63,998 bases of DNA, filler included, from Porpidia crustulata (GCA_964255105.1; 20 parts of 20 records of this genome joined end to end with filler, not necessarily neighbours in it), one strand, 5' to 3'. Positions 24,785 through 38,795 are shown, counted from the whole stretch's first letter. The notes: a model not told the origin generated them from the letters alone. Made by a program: numbers and translations.

Positions 24785-25723
24785 ATGGCTAAGAATCTCC
24801 TTATACTAGGTGCCACAGGCAAGCAGGGCAAGAGCGTTGTCAACAACATCCTCAGCTCGTCCTCTCACGATGACTTCACCATCCTCGCGGTCACGCGCAC
24901 TGCCACATCTCCCTCTGCTACAACTCTAGCTAGTAAATCACCACGGATCAAGCTTATTCAAGGCAATCTCGACGACTGCCCTGCTATATTCACAGAAGCA
25001 TTGAAAGCGACGGGGAACAAACCGATCTGGGGCGTATTCAGCGTTCAGATAGCTTTCGGAGATGGCGCAACCCAGGAACAGGAGATGAGGCAGGGAAAAG
25101 CACTAGTTGACGCAGCAGTGGCCAATCGAGTCTTCCATTTCGTATACAGTTCTGTTGACAGAGGGGGGGAGAAGTCATCCAAGGACCCTACCTACGTCCC
25201 TCACTTCCGGAGCAAGTACGAGATCGAGAAGCATTTGGAAGAGAAAGCTGCGGGCGGTGAAATGTCCTACACCATACTTCGACCCGTCGCGTTCATGGAT
25301 GGGATTACCCCGGACTTTATGGGAAAAGTAATGGGAACTTTTGTTAAGCTCATGAAGGACTCGAAACCGCTCCAATTCATTGCATGCTCCGACATCGGCT
25401 TCTTCGCCGCCCAAAGCTTCCTTCGACCCGCCAGCCCCGAATTTCACAACACGGCAATCTCTTTGGCCGGCGACTCGCTGGATTTCAAGGGCATCAACAG
25501 TGCATTCAACGAGAGACTAGGTTATAACGTGCCAACCACGTTTGAGTTCGTTGCTCGGATAATCAAGTGGATGGTCAAGGAGCTCAATCTCATGTTTCGG
25601 TGGTTTGAAGAGGAGGGATATGGAGCCGATATTCCTGCGCTCAAGAAGATGCATCCGGGGTTGCTCAGCCTGGGCGATTGGCTGGTGAAGGAGAGTCAGT
25701 TCCCCAAGGACAAGAAGCAATGA
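24785..25723 (+). CDS. NmrA-like NAD(P)-binding protein
   Basis: LGATGKQG, FVYSSVDRGG, PHFRSKYEIE, TILRPVAFM; complete intronless ORF. Confidence 0.9.
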   Translation: MAKNLLILGATGKQGKSVVNNILSSSSHDDFTILAVTRTATSPSATTLASKSPRIKLIQGNLDDCPAIFTEALKATGNKPIWGVFSVQIAFGDGATQEQEMRQGKALVDAAVANRVFHFVYSSVDRGGEKSSKDPTYVPHFRSKYEIEKHLEEKAAGGEMSYTILRPVAFMDGITPDFMGKVMGTFVKLMKDSKPLQFIACSDIGFFAAQSFLRPASPEFHNTAISLAGDSLDFKGINSAFNERLGYNVPTTFEFVARIIKWMVKELNLMFRWFEEEGYGADIPALKKMHPGLLSLGDWLVKESQFPKDKKQ

Positions 25724-26582
25724 TCCGCTTGCCCGGCTTGCGTGAAGAGTAGTGTATGGTTATGTGGGAGATTGAGACGATGACACCTAATATCCCATGG
25801 TATATACGAACTAATCCCTAATTAATGAACACATACATCAATCCAATCTAAACTCTCCCTACCTTCACTTTCACTCCCACTGACTTAATATTTTATCAAT
25901 TATCTCCACCTCCAAACCCNNNNNNNNNNNNNNNNNNNNNNNNNNNNNNNNNNNNNNNNNNNNTTAATTAATTAANNNNNNNNNNNNNNNNNNNNNNNNN
26001 NNNNNNNNNNNNNNNNNNNGTTTTTAAGCGTTTACCAACGTTGATTAATGAGAAAATGTTGAGCTTCGGTATATACAACCAAGTTAAAAATCACCGTGAT
26101 GAAGGAAATAAAAATAATCTCATCTCATCAATTCCCGTTACTCATACACTCCTTGTGCTTCCAAACCCCCGATCACAAGCCTGTTCCTTGTGTCGAAACC
26201 TGTAAGTATATTGATTGTCGAGATCAGCTATCTGGGTTACTCTTGCTTTGGAGAAGAGCGCAAACATACATTCAATCTGGTGCTGGGCGCGTGTCATGTC
26301 AGCATATTTTCGTTGCGTGGGCTTCTGGGTTCGTGATTGAGAGTCAAGTTTGCTGGACTGGAAAGGCGAATGGCTACATGACTGCAACAACTTTTCACAA
26401 ACTTTTCTCTTTCATTGCGCAAACACACTGACATTCGATTCAATAATCACATCTGCAAACCCATCTCGCCACATCACCAACTCAACTCACCCACTCGCCA
26501 CGCATCGCTATGGCGTTTGCTCCCTTTTCGCTGTCCTGGTCATTTGTTCTTTGTAGGAAAAGGTCAGCTTGCTCATGCTGAC

Positions 26583-26603
26583 GATGATGATGATGATGAT
26601 GAT
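26583..26603 (+). repeat. (GAT)n microsatellite
   Basis: Run of GAT trinucleotides. Confidence 0.8.
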
Positions 26604-26746
26604 TAGGTATCGGATCCGCCAGCCCGATGTTTCCGAGAGGCTATATAAGTAGCTTTGATCGCAGGATTTCTTTCTCGATCTCAACTACTACTTCTTCAAA
26701 GCGCTCTTGTGATAAGAGGAAGAATCGTTGAAAAACTTTTGAGAAT

Positions 26747-27364
26747 ATGAATACGGGACCTCGAGCACCTCAGGGAGACCGTGACGCGTCTCCACCAGGA
26801 CCATCTGCGGATCCTCCGTACGAGTTTGAGTGCCTTTCGTGCAAGGCTCCAATCTACCGATCCGCTTGTACGGGCGGTATGATTCGCGAATCCGAATCGC
26901 CGTCTCTAGAACCATCAGGGTCGCGGATGCAGATTGGTAGCGCTGGTGTGAAAAATCCAATGGCTGATATTGCTTCACCATCACCTGCAGTACTCAACGT
27001 ACCGCGAGCCCGACCTGCTGCGCCAGTGCTGACCGCTGTCAACGCGGTCCAGGAGAAGCCGTCTGGAAATGTTGCTTCTGCCGACGATACCAAGGCGAAA
27101 GCCGACGCAAAGGACGGGGCGTACGAGCGACCTCAGCCGAATGGTATACCTCCCCCTGAACCTCCGCGGCCTACGAGGCCCCCGCCCTCGCCGCCCAGGA
27201 ATGAGAATAGGAAGAAAGGCTCGGAGCCAGGTCTGGGGTTACGCGGATGTGAAGACGAGAGTGCTCACGCTAGTGAGGAAGATGAGGTTCCTGATACTGC
27301 GGAATGGTCGAACACTCAGATGAACTTGGGCGAGATCATTGATAAGTACGATAAGTGTCAGTAG
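26747..27364 (+). CDS. Hypothetical Pro-rich, probably disordered protein
   Basis: 205-aa ATG ORF preceded by TATATAA at about 26642; CxxC near the N-terminus; no known domain. Confidence 0.45.
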   Translation: MNTGPRAPQGDRDASPPGPSADPPYEFECLSCKAPIYRSACTGGMIRESESPSLEPSGSRMQIGSAGVKNPMADIASPSPAVLNVPRARPAAPVLTAVNAVQEKPSGNVASADDTKAKADAKDGAYERPQPNGIPPPEPPRPTRPPPSPPRNENRKKGSEPGLGLRGCEDESAHASEEDEVPDTAEWSNTQMNLGEIIDKYDKCQ

Positions 27365-27677
27365 AGCGCCAACAGTAAGCTATAATTACCGGGGCTCAAC
27401 ACAAGAGTCGAGCATTGGTAACAGAGATTGGAAAGCCAGGATAAACGCATGGCAAGTGCGATTTCTAGCGCTGAAACGATGCAGCAAAGATGTAGTGGTA
27501 ACAGTTGGCAATAAGTGACTTTTCAAGATCAGGGATAAGCACAAAATTTCTGGATATTCGTTATAGAAAGCATTAGATATGGGGTCGCATTGCTTCTCTC
27601 TTCCTTGAGAATTACATGAGGCGGTCAATATGAATTTAGAGATATTCTTCCTAGTTCCTTGAAACCTACCAGTGACA

Positions 27678-28801
27678 TCATTTACTCACGTTCGTAAAAC
27701 GAAGATAGCTGTAACACGTGTTAGAAGCTTTGAATATATCTCAATCATGCTAGCAGGAGAAACTCACGGCTTGACTTCCCTTACATCACCGAATTTCTTC
27801 CTCGCGTCTGCCGTTGAGACCGTTGGCGGGACACTGTACATTGTTTTAGATTAAGATTTCTACGAGTGGATCGTGGATCATGAAGATCAAACGAAGGAGT
27901 CCAAACACAAATGCCCAAAATACACGCCGCCCCATCCTGAGTATAGGAAGGGACAAAGAACCAAAAGGATAAAATGAGGAATACTTACATCACGTCATCC
28001 CCTTCTACCCAATCAATCGGCGTTGTTACTCCCTTTTCATCACCTATCTGTAAACTATCGATCACTCTTAATACCTCCCTCGTATTCCGCCCTGTACTCG
28101 CAGGATACATCATTGTAAGTCTGATCTTCTTGTTCGGGTCGATAACAAAGACACTGCGAATCGTGAAAGCAATGCCCTTTTGATCGATGTTATTTAGATC
28201 TTGCGCATCGACCATGTCGTATTTCCAAGCTATCTCGCGAGCAGCGTCGGCAATGATTGGAAAGGTAAGATTTGTAGAGGCAATTTCATTGATATCGGAA
28301 ATCCAGGCATCATGGGAAGAAAGATTGTTGGCGGACTAGAGGGCATGTGAGCCGTATTAGACCACTTCTCCTAACTTAATGAGGGATACCAACGTACTAA
28401 GCCTATGAGCTTTACATTTCTCTTATCAAATTCTCCTTTCAGCTTCGCAAAAGCTCCAAGCTCAGTCGTGCCTGTAGCAAGCTAAGCATCAGGCTTCGAA
28501 TACAAGTAAGCGGTACCCAGAAATCTTCAGTAAACTCACAGACTGGCGTGAAATCCGCAGGATGTGAGAATAGAATTGCCCATTTGTCGCCGATCCATTG
28601 ATGAAAGTCGATGTCACCTTGGGTGGTCTTGGCCTTGAAGTTTGGAGCTTCTGTACCCAGTCGAAGCCGCGGTTGTTCTTCGGTAGCATGGGTTGCAAAC
28701 GTTCGACGGGAGATTACGGAAATGGGTTGAGCATAGGGATGTTGAATGGAGGTGAAGGCCTTGAGCGGGCGCGAAGCTGCGCGGGAGAACAGAGGTATCA
28801 T
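27678..28801 (-). CDS. PRX1: Mitochondrial 1-Cys peroxiredoxin, multi-exon
   Basis: Presequence, [42 protein letters not shown]; last exon YLRFTNVSK*. Confidence 0.93.
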
Positions 28802-30124
28802 TGTTCTAAAATTGTTCTAAATGCTGACATGTCAACGAGTTCTAAGAAGGACCGGTAGATATACTACGTATGTTGATGGATGCTAAAGTGGCTTTTGCTG
28901 ACAGGGATGATTGCACCATCCCGCCCCCACCGTGCCTTTCCCGCTTCTTCACCGAGCCCTACGACAGGGCGGAGCTGCTCAAAGCAACATTCTCTACATA
29001 AGCCTGAGAATATACCTGGGAATACGGTCTACAAAGGCTCGCGGGAAGATTAAGTCCCCAAAGCAACATCTGCCTCCCAGCTCCACTCCTCCCACGCCAT
29101 ACATCCCTCATCCCCACCAAAATAACTACCCAACCCCAGAACCCCACTTCNNNNNNNNNNNNNNNNNNNNNNNNNNNNNNNNNNNNNNNNNNNNTTAATT
29201 AATTAANNNNNNNNNNNNNNNNNNNNNNNNNNNNNNNNNNNNNNNNNNNNGTAGAAAATTATTTATAAGGCTGATTGTATAGCGATCTTCGAGGTATCAC
29301 GCTAGCGAATCTAGGAGGGAGTGTTGATTCTTACCAACTCTGCACATACTTCAATCAAGATTGCAGGATCATTCTACGACCTAGACCGTATCTTTCAATA
29401 TCTTACACGCAAAGCCTGACAGACGACCCACTTGGATGCTAAAGAACCACAGCGGAATATTTACCCCTGAACTTTTACCAGCTATCTACACACGGAAACG
29501 AAAGAAGGCAACAAATGATAAGTGAAAAATCCAATCTTAGAACCATTGCCAGCATTATCGCTCGGAAAAGACTTACAACTGGATAATCAAGTTCACCAAA
29601 GCTGCCCACGCGGTGAATTCGCTATGATGAGTACCAACAGTATCACTACAATATGATGCCCCTGGGATGGAGAGGAGTACGTACCATGGCATCCTTCAAT
29701 AAGATCAACCCAAGTCACAATATCCATTTATTGTTAAATATCAAACTCAAGAAGGATATGAGACGACTAACCATGTGTGCACTTACATGTAAGCAGTGCC
29801 GCAAAACGCTGCTTTCACCCTTATTCAATCTGCCGCCAAACAAACCTCCTTCCGAGATAGCTAGCAGTCCATGAGGACAGCCATCAGCCAACGCCCAGTG
29901 CGAACCCCATGACAAGCCCACTCACCCCAAAAGCCTTCCACCATATCTTACACCATGATGATTATGACCTGGGGGATGATGTTGCAGTCGTATTTGATCG
30001 AGACGAATGAGACAGAGCTCAGAATCAGTCTAAGTCGTAGTAATCGCTGGAGCTGACGCGTCCCTCAATATTGCCAATTATAGTCGACATGAAGATCAGT
30101 AGAAAAGTTCAAGAGCTCGTGCAT

Positions 30125-31786
30125 CTATGTAGAAGCAGTAATCGACGCTACTGAGCCAGTTGCCATATTGCCCTCTTCTCCGCCGGGAACGAATGCGTAC
30201 CTGGGCAGCTGTGCCATCTTCTCCTCTGGACTGATCTCGTTGTCTGAATAAATGAGCTTCGAGTTCTTGTCCTTGTCCTTTTTCCCTTTCTTCTCGTCCT
30301 GCGGCTCCACTGCTTTAGCTTCAGGCTTACCATTGGCAATAGACTCAGCTTTATCCGCGTCTTTTGCAGCACCAGAAACCAAACCATCAACATCATTAGA
30401 CAGAGTAGATGGTATTTCGGCGTGAGCAGGTGGCAAACCAGATGTATTTTGAACGAAAAGTTTATTTTCAGGCGGATTCGGCGGGCCTGAAAGCTGACCT
30501 TGATGCATCTGCTGCATCTGAAAAGCATTAACGGGTGGCGCACCAAAAGAAGGTCTTTGAGGAAGACCCGGTGCCGGTGGTAAGCTGCCAGGCCGTTGCT
30601 GGGGAGGCCCGTTCTGCGGAGGCGTGTGAGTACGCGGCGGCTGGAACTGACCATGCGGGAAAGGACCTGGCGGAGAACCGGGTCCGAAAGATTGAGGACC
30701 AGTGTGAAACTGAGTTTGACCGTTCTGAAATTGAGATGGCCCGTTTTGGAAAGGAGGCAGACCGTTCTGGAATTGAGGCTGACCATTTTGAAATTGAGGG
30801 AGACCACCCTGGAACGGTGGGGGTCCGTTCTGAAATGGAGGAGGCCCATTTTGAAACGGAGGTGAAAAGCCTTGCCCTCCAGGCGGACCTTGAAACTGCT
30901 GAGGTGGAGCAAATGGCGAATTGTGCATGCCAGGTGGCTCGAAGCCTGGCTGCGGCGGAGGGAATGGCGATTGTTGAGGCGGAGCAAAGGGTGAGGGTTG
31001 TTGCTGAAACGGAGGTACCTGCTGGCCATACGGTTGCGGATATGATGAGTAGGTTGAATTATTTGGAGGTCCTCCGAATTGGACTTGGTGTAGAGGGTAT
31101 CCCGGAGAGCCCGCCTGTTCAACAGATTATTAGTAAAACCCAAATAAACTGGCAGTAAAAACAAATCCCAAGGCGCCAGGACGCAGACTTACACCAGGAC
31201 TTTGGTTACCATGCCCACCAATAGGCGTAACGTCTCCACTGCTGATACCTGCCGCTTGCTCCGCAGCTTTCTTCGCTTTGTGGTCTGCTAAGCGTTTCTT
31301 TAGGTCGGACGGAGACTCGAACTTGGGCTTTTTCGCTGCACCGGCTCCAGCGCCACCGCCTGCTCCAGGGTTGCCAGTCGCAGCGCGTCTGTCGGCCTCA
31401 GCCTGAGCGACTTGCTGAAGGATGCGTTGGTTGTGGCTAGTCACAATATCTTCAGGTATTCCCTCCATACCGAAAATCTCGACCTCGAGGCCAGAGCGAT
31501 TGGGTAAGGAGTTTTCAATGGTCACAAGTGTTTCCTTGTGGACTTGGGTCATATGGACGGACAAACCTTTGCTCCATTAGCTATAGTAGGGTAGTAGGCC
31601 TTTTATTGGCGACTCACCACCTGCTGTATTCAGTCGGCGCCCGCAGCGCTCACACTTGAAGTGTCTTGCTTTCTGGTGATTGATCAAGATCTTGAGATCA
31701 TCGAAGTCTCGCTCGCAATAGTAACACCATGGCCTTGCTAAGATTTCTTCCACATCGGGATGGCCTCTCTTCTTCTTGTTACCCAT
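30125..31786 (-). CDS. C2H2 zinc-finger protein, ZNF207/BuGZ-like, with Pro/Gln-rich C-terminus
   Basis: [11 protein letters not shown]...[54 protein letters not shown]. Confidence 0.88.
30700..30865 (-). repeat. Coding 21-bp tandem repeat, about 8 x (P/Q)FQNGxP heptad
   Basis: [56 protein letters not shown]. Confidence 0.85.
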
Positions 31787-33432
31787 GATGTATGCGAGTT
31801 TGAGGTCGTGCAATATGCGGAGAAATAGTTGTATATCGGCTCGAAGCTGATAAGATGTAGAACGAAATTACTTCAGAACCAAGTGATTGATTGGTGAAAA
31901 CGTTCTTTACACGGTTGGGGTCGCACTGGTCGAGCACCCAAAAACCGCTAACATTTTTACTAGCGTGCCCGCTACAAGCGCAAAGACGAACCACGAAGCT
32001 CAGTCATATCTCACGACTCAAATCACCATTCAATTCTCTCTTCTTGTCGACTCCGGTTCCACTTCACGCTCAGACTTCTAAGCATCGATGTCATGCTCTG
32101 CAATGCCAGCTAAACACTCTCACCAACTCATGCCGCGCTGCAATCTCTCCCAATAGAGGTCAACGACCTCCTGGAATTAAAGTGTATCGTCTCTATGCAA
32201 GCTTTCAGCTACTAGATACTGAGGATAAAATTTTCCCCTACAGAATTTCCTGTTGTTCGAGAGCTCAATTCGCAGGAGATCTTCCCAAATGGACATTCCC
32301 CACAGACCCCCTCCTACACCCACCCCCGCCAACACCCCCCCCCCGCGCCCCCCCAAAAGGTGCCCCCACGGCCACCAAANNNNNNNNNNNNNNNNNNNNN
32401 NNNNNNNNNNNNNNNNNNNNNNNTTAATTAATTAANNNNNNNNNNNNNNNNNNNNNNNNNNNNNNNNNNNNNNNNNNNNGTGTTGAGATTTTTTGCGGGG
32501 CATTGTTGTGTGAGGGCGGAGCTAAGGGCTGGGATAAAAGGACTTTAGAATGGGGAAAGATTTAGGGATTAGGTTTTTTTAAGAAAATTGAATGTTTTGA
32601 GTTCTGACAACAAGAGCAATTTTGCTTCAATTGACCGATCGAAAGAAATTTCTTAAAAACAGGAGTAAAGTAAACACCGTGATTTGAATCTTGGTAGCGG
32701 CTTTTGAAATACCTATCAACGAGACAAGACGTGCGGAATTCCCAAAATTACTTACTTAGCAACGACGATTTAAATCCATGCTCGAGCTTGTATCGCTGTA
32801 TATCTTTGAGCGCACTCTCTTCGAAAATTTCTACTTCAGGAAGAAGACAGAAGAGCTTGGCTTTGGAACTATTTCTACTCAATTGCAAGAATTGATGCCA
32901 AGGCACTCGCACTTGAGATTTTGATATTCATAGGGCTGGGAATTAAGCGAACTCTAAATTTAGAACCCCCTAATTCCTTCCCACGCATGGTATGTATACA
33001 GGATCGATATGAATCTATCTGAACACTATAAATACACCTACAAACACCGCCAATTGCTTTCCGAACTTGCTATAGTACGCACTTGTTTCTCAACAACAAG
33101 GGACACTACCGCTGCTATTCCCTGAGCTCTCTGCCCATCGTTCTTCAACGGGCCTGGCGGCCTTCCTTTCGTACACAGCCTCACCTACCCACCGACTTCA
33201 AATTCCTTCCCGAAAGCAGATAGCCACCCCAGCAAGCCCCAATCCCGTCAGCCTCCCTTGAACCACCTCCGTAACAGCATCTCGTCGTGTGTGCCATCCA
33301 CTTACCAAATATTATCCGTCTCATTGCTCAGTAGTTCCTTTACATATTCCGTTCGTCCCCATAGTCTCATACGATTAAAACTCCAACATCCTAGCTGCCC
33401 CAAAGCCGTTACGCTTTCAACCTTTTACTGGA

Positions 33433-35595
33433 TCAAACCGTTTTACCACCACAATCCGGAATCTTCAAGCCTGGCTTCAAATTCCTCGCCGTGTCCATTA
33501 GACCCCACTTATCCTCCCATTCTTTACCGGGAGTATTAAGTCTGATCTTCCATGGCTCATCAAAGGCTTCGAACCTATTTCCATTGTTAGAAAATCTTTC
33601 TTCAATAATGCATTGAACCCTAGCAAGTCCGATTATAAAACAAATTCTCAAACCTACCAAAAATAGTTAATCCCGTTTGCCAAACTCTGGCATACGAAAT
33701 CACTCATGAACTTGTTCATCTGATCAATTCCTGCTACACTGCTCTTTTCCACAGGGATCGCATCCGTACAATTGACGGCACCGCAATCCCTTCCCCCAGC
33801 ACTTGGCCATCCGACTTCAGATATGATGTTCTTTTTGTCAGTTCCTTTCGTGAGTACAACATCCTTCTCTTGCCAGAAGTTCCAGGTCCACGCTGCCGCA
33901 ACGTCGACATTGACACCTGCAAAAAAAGGGTGGACGTTCGACATGACGACATCTGTGTCAGCGGCCAAAGTTGGCGTCCAAGAATCGCCAAGATCAGACG
34001 TGGCGAGGGGGAGATCGATCTTTAAAGATGTGAAGTTTTGCCGGATATCTGAAAGTATCTTGCCTAGCTCGGCTTCACTCATGTCCGGGCGGTAAAGTAC
34101 CTCATTCCCGACGATGACACCAGAAAAAGGACCGGCGCCATTTTTGGATAAAATGTCATACATGCTGCTAATACCACGGCTGTTTGTGGTCGTGTTTTTG
34201 TCGAGCCAGACGCCAAGCCATACTTTCATGTTCGTTAGGCCAAGCTTGTCAATGGCGTGAAGGACCATTTCGGTCTGGTTGCAGTCAGTGCCGTAGAGTC
34301 GAACGACGTTTGTCAGCTGAGATAGCACTGCTATATCTCGCGTGATATTGTTTTGGCTTGGAGGCCATTTGAGGCAGTCGGGGTATTGGGTGCCCCATGG
34401 TGTGTAATCCATTCCTGGAAAGACCTTGTGAAGATTCGGGTTTCCCATCAACTGTTTTATTTCTGCCGAATCCTTTGTTAAATCCCCGTGACCGTCGTCC
34501 TGAGCAGCGGTCTGTGACTGTGTTGAATTTGACGAGGCAGCGTTGTTATTTTTCTTCGACGCCTCCACACCTCCTACTATTCCACCAACGACAGCCGCAA
34601 GAACCAGGATCGCGATGAGGGTACCCACGATCCACCTCATCCTACTCCGGCCTGACGTCTGTTTGGACAGCCATTGGCTCTTCTCGACCCCAGCATCATC
34701 AAATCCTTGCCTGGCCACAGGGCCGTATTGCCCACTGGGATTTCGTCCACCATTACCGACAACGTTTTTCTTCCCTACCAAACTACCCAGCACTCCAAAA
34801 ACGCCTCCTGCAGCCGCTCCCCCTGCGACAGCGCCCATCGGAACGCCGTGATCTGACGAGGATGTTGTCTTCAGACCAAGGACTGACCTTCGCCGTGTGA
34901 CCGGTTCTCTCAGACCATCGTCTCCATCATCCGCTATATCATTGGGATCAATTTCGCCGCGGGCCACTCGAGGATCCCATGCCGTCGAGAATCGCTTGTA
35001 TGGGTTGTCTGAGTAACTACTACCGCCTTCAAAGTCCCCTTGTGATGGATACTGGGCCAATGGTATATTGTCACGAGAGGAGTAAAGTCGTGGGGTAGAT
35101 TGAGCAGGCGATGGAGCGGCTGATATTTGTTGGTTCTCATCGTCGAATGGATCGCTCCTTGAACGTGCGGGTGAGCTATACGGGTCTCTTTGCGTTACTC
35201 GACTGGGAATCGCAGGTGCCGCTGGAACATATGGTGTATCTGAACCCACTGTGTCGAATCCACGCTCGGGTGGGATACCTGTACGGCCTTGTGAAAACCT
35301 GTCGAGGTCTCTTAAAGCTTCGACGCCACTGTCTCGTTCATTGGTGTTTGCTACGCCAAGAGCAACACCAGCAATACCACCTCCCGCTGCAGCTGCTCCC
35401 ATGTTGTCGGCGCCTGGTGTTGCTGTTGATGCGGTCCTGTTCGAGGTAGAATGGTCTAAACCACCGTCTCGATAACCTCTGGTCTGGATCGGTGGAGGTT
35501 GTCTTCTCGAGTACTGAGGTTGTGCGTATGGATGTGAGTCGGAAGAATCTATTTGTTGAGGCAATTGTGGAATTGCCGACGGGTAGGGTTGATGG
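33433..35595 (-). CDS. btgC: Membrane-anchored GH17 beta-1,3-glucanase/transferase (BtgC-like), 5'-truncated
   Basis: TM helix, [32 protein letters not shown]; last exon FEAFDEPWK...WEDKWGL. Confidence 0.9.
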
Positions 35596-35939
35596 NNNNN
35601 NNNNNNNNNNNNNNNNNNNNNNNNNNNNNNNNNNNNNNNTTAATTAATTAANNNNNNNNNNNNNNNNNNNNNNNNNNNNNNNNNNNNNNNNNNNNTCACT
35701 CACCCTCTTCACTCTCACCACACATGTCTCCTCAGCCTTTCTGCCACATCATTACCGCAAATCACGCATGTACCGCCACTTCCATTGTAAATAGTCGCGC
35801 ATTCCAAGAAAAATCAACTCTACCGTCAAAACAACCGGCGCAGTTCCAAAGGGCCCCCTTGAAATCCAAATCGCCGCACTGAACGTCCCATTCATGACAC
35901 ATGATTTTGTCCAATCCCTGCCCAAACCCCATCTTCCCA

Positions 35940-37479
35940 TCACCGATACCCAATCCTCTTACTCGGACTCTCGCCCCGGTATTCATACCCGATTCTCTTA
36001 TTCGGGCTTTCCGTCCTTCCCCTGTAGTCTAGGCCTAACCTTCCGTACGGCGTCTGATCGTGATACTGAGGATAGTATTGCTCGTGTCCTCCACCAACAC
36101 CACCACCGCCGCCGCCATAGGCCAATTGTTGTTGCTGCTGCTGCATCTGTTGCTGGGGAAAGTAATTCGGGGGCTGAGGGTCGTGATGATCGGTTTTGCG
36201 GCTGAGGAAGGAGAGAGCGAGGTTGGAGACGATGCCGGTGCCGAAGAGGAGGGAGAGGGAGAGGATCTGTTTTATGTTAATGGGGTCGATAAGGAACGCT
36301 ATGATTCGGGTGAATAAGAAGCCAGGACGTACCACGGTCTTCCAATGCAGCGGCTCAAAGAAACTGTTCAATACACCTGCGAATGTGTACGCGCTTACGC
36401 TCGCCCGTCCCACGAGACTGGGGTCTTGCTTTATGCATTTCTCCCAGTTATTGCACACAGCCTCCATTGCCGGCACCCGCGAGTTGGCATCGCATTTGTT
36501 ATCTTTGTACTCGCGCGTGCATCCCGCCATTTCGGCCATGATCTCGTGCGCAGCCTCGCGAGCTTTTTCATCAACGTCGGACTTGATCGTTGACCAGAAC
36601 GAGTAGATAATATACATGCAAAAGGCGACGAGGAAGAAGTTGAGCAGGACTTGGGCGTAGTGGCATAAGATGTGAGGGAGGCGGGGGTGACGCTCGATGA
36701 AGTGGAAGATGGAGGGAATGAGGCCCATTTCGTAGGGTGGAGGGCTCTGGGGCGTTGGGTNNNNNNNNNNATTTTGTCGTGATCGAGATCGGGAACGGTC
36801 GTCTAGGTCTTCGGAGTCGTAACCATGACCACCGCGGCGATAAGCGTGACGGACGTCTCGGTCAACATCGCGGCGGCGCTTTTTGTTGACTTTGCGAACG
36901 GTGGCTTCGATGTAGGGTTTGCGGGCTATTTCACCGCGGCCAGAGGTGACGTACTTGCCGAAGATGCCTGAAGAAAGGGGTCTCTTCTCCGGGGATTCGG
37001 ACCTGGAACCTTCGAATCTGATCATTGCGCCGTCGACATTTGGAAGATTTAGTTGTCTAGGAGGCTCGGGCGTGTCTTCAGTATCACCGTTTGCAGGAGA
37101 AGATTGATTTTCTGGACCGGAAGAGAAGTCGGTGTCGATGATGCGTCTCTGAGGGGTGGTGAAGGAAGGGTTGCGAAACTGGACCGGAGGCTTCATGGCG
37201 GGTGTTGAAGGAATTGAGAAGGTCTCTAAGCCAGGATTTTGTAGAGGGGGAAATGAGGTCTTTTTCGGAGAGTCAAAGCGATCATAAGAGCCTGTAGAAC
37301 ATGTCAGTGAGAACATCCCAAATCAAAGGTTATGGTTACTGACGTTTCTGTCCGCCAAAGCCGCTGCGTCCTTGACGGTCGCCGGCCATTGTCTTCATGA
37401 AAGGTGAGTCTGATCTCGCAGGACCGTGACCTTGTTGCCATTGGAAGTCCATAGGACTTTCGTTAGATCTAATATCCAT
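35940..37479 (-). CDS. BRL1: Nuclear envelope protein Brl1/Brr6 family
   Basis: ESPMDFQW N-terminus, TM helices flanking C...YKDNKC...RVPAME..C..WE.C; internal 10-N gap. Confidence 0.85.
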
Positions 37480-38222
37480 GTTCTTCAGCCGTGAATCATG
37501 CAGTACGGTGGGCGTGTAAACAAACGCCAGAGCTCCAGCAACGCCGGGTAGCGATGGTGATCAAGCAAATTCGAAGTTTCGATCAAAGTCTCGGACCACG
37601 GAGTCCCCTTGATCACCTACAATACGAAAGTAAACCTTGATTCTCAATAATATCAAAGCACCGAGTGGGCAGTTGAGCTATACTTCTGTACTACGATGGG
37701 CTTAAGGTGCTCATCAGATTCTCTCGCTGTCTCCTTGTTCGCTCTTTATCGTCATCTGTCCAGCATACACTCAGACTGATTCATGAATATCTCGTGGAGT
37801 AAACGCTGGTCCTTGGGCCTTCTCACACGGCAAGTGATGACACTAAAAGGTTACACGATTTTCCGATCATCGCATGTATGAAGTCACAAATTAAGTACCT
37901 ATTGATAATGATGCATTGACACTAAGCTCCGAAATGCCGCGCATCGCTATTGTGAAAGACCGTTCCCAACACCTGCTCGTGGATTCTGCTTGAGACTTCC
38001 GCGTATGCGCCACCTCCCAGATAAAAAGAAACCTAAAATACTATAAGAATCCGCTGAAACAATGACCACTTATTCCGAGCAAAAGTCCATCGTCGGCGAC
38101 ACACAATCGCCTAGTGCTCGTCGAGACAATCGTGATGCGCAAGAATGTGAAGAACGATCCGGGAAAGCCGTAGCTCAAGGGATTGTCCGTGAGATCGCAA
38201 GACTGTAGTCTCGAGGCCTTCC

Positions 38223-38795
38223 CTAAACGAGCTCAAAGTCGTCTTCGTCGGCCACATAACCGTTGTGAAGTTCCTCTTTATCCTTTCCCACGACTTCGTA
38301 TTCCTCCTTGACCAGCTTCTCGGTAGCACGGATTTCGTACTTCTCTACTGCCATGTTGAGTGCCATGCTCAGGATTTGGCTACCCTTTGCAGGGCCGTGT
38401 TCTGCGTCAAAGGAGTAGGTGATGCCAGCGTCAGGTTCGGGCGCAGCAGATGCGTCCTTGACATCTTCCTCGGCCGAGGAGTCTGAGGTTAAGGTGTCGT
38501 TGTCAAGCTGCACGAGCGGCTTGCGGCGGTCTTTAGTGACGCGTTTGGCTCCGTAAGTGCTGCCACCTTTGACGGCTCTAGAGGCCCTGTACATCGTTAG
38601 TCTGCTAGGACATGCGGATAACTATTATCTTTCCGCGCACCGTGCTGTCCAAGGCTTATCAGGGCACTTGCTTAGCTGGCCACGAGTTTGGGCAGCCTCT
38701 CCCAGAGCCCATTTGTACTTCTGGTCCAGCTCCCGTTTGTAATCTTGATCGAGCTTATCCCCCACAGCTACGTCGGTGATGTTACTAGTAGACAT
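38223..38795 (-). CDS. Conserved-looking fungal hypothetical protein (may be 5'-partial)
   Basis: Two exons; YSFDA...GSQILSMAL..AVEKYE..ATEKLVKEEYEV...DFELV*. Confidence 0.6.

Noticed and set aside
19556..25723. Carboxypeptidase, ferric reductase, SDR and NmrA as a secondary-metabolite cluster
   Set aside because: Spans an artificial join; no PKS/NRPS backbone. Only SDR and NmrA share a contig with each other.
29620..30060. ATGATGA motifs as C/D-box snoRNAs
   Set aside because: No convincing D box with terminal stem or recognisable rRNA guide sequence.
30148..31164. Long overlapping ORFs (338 aa minus, 207 aa plus) over the zinc-finger gene
   Set aside because: Shadow frames of a repetitive Pro/Gln-rich exon.
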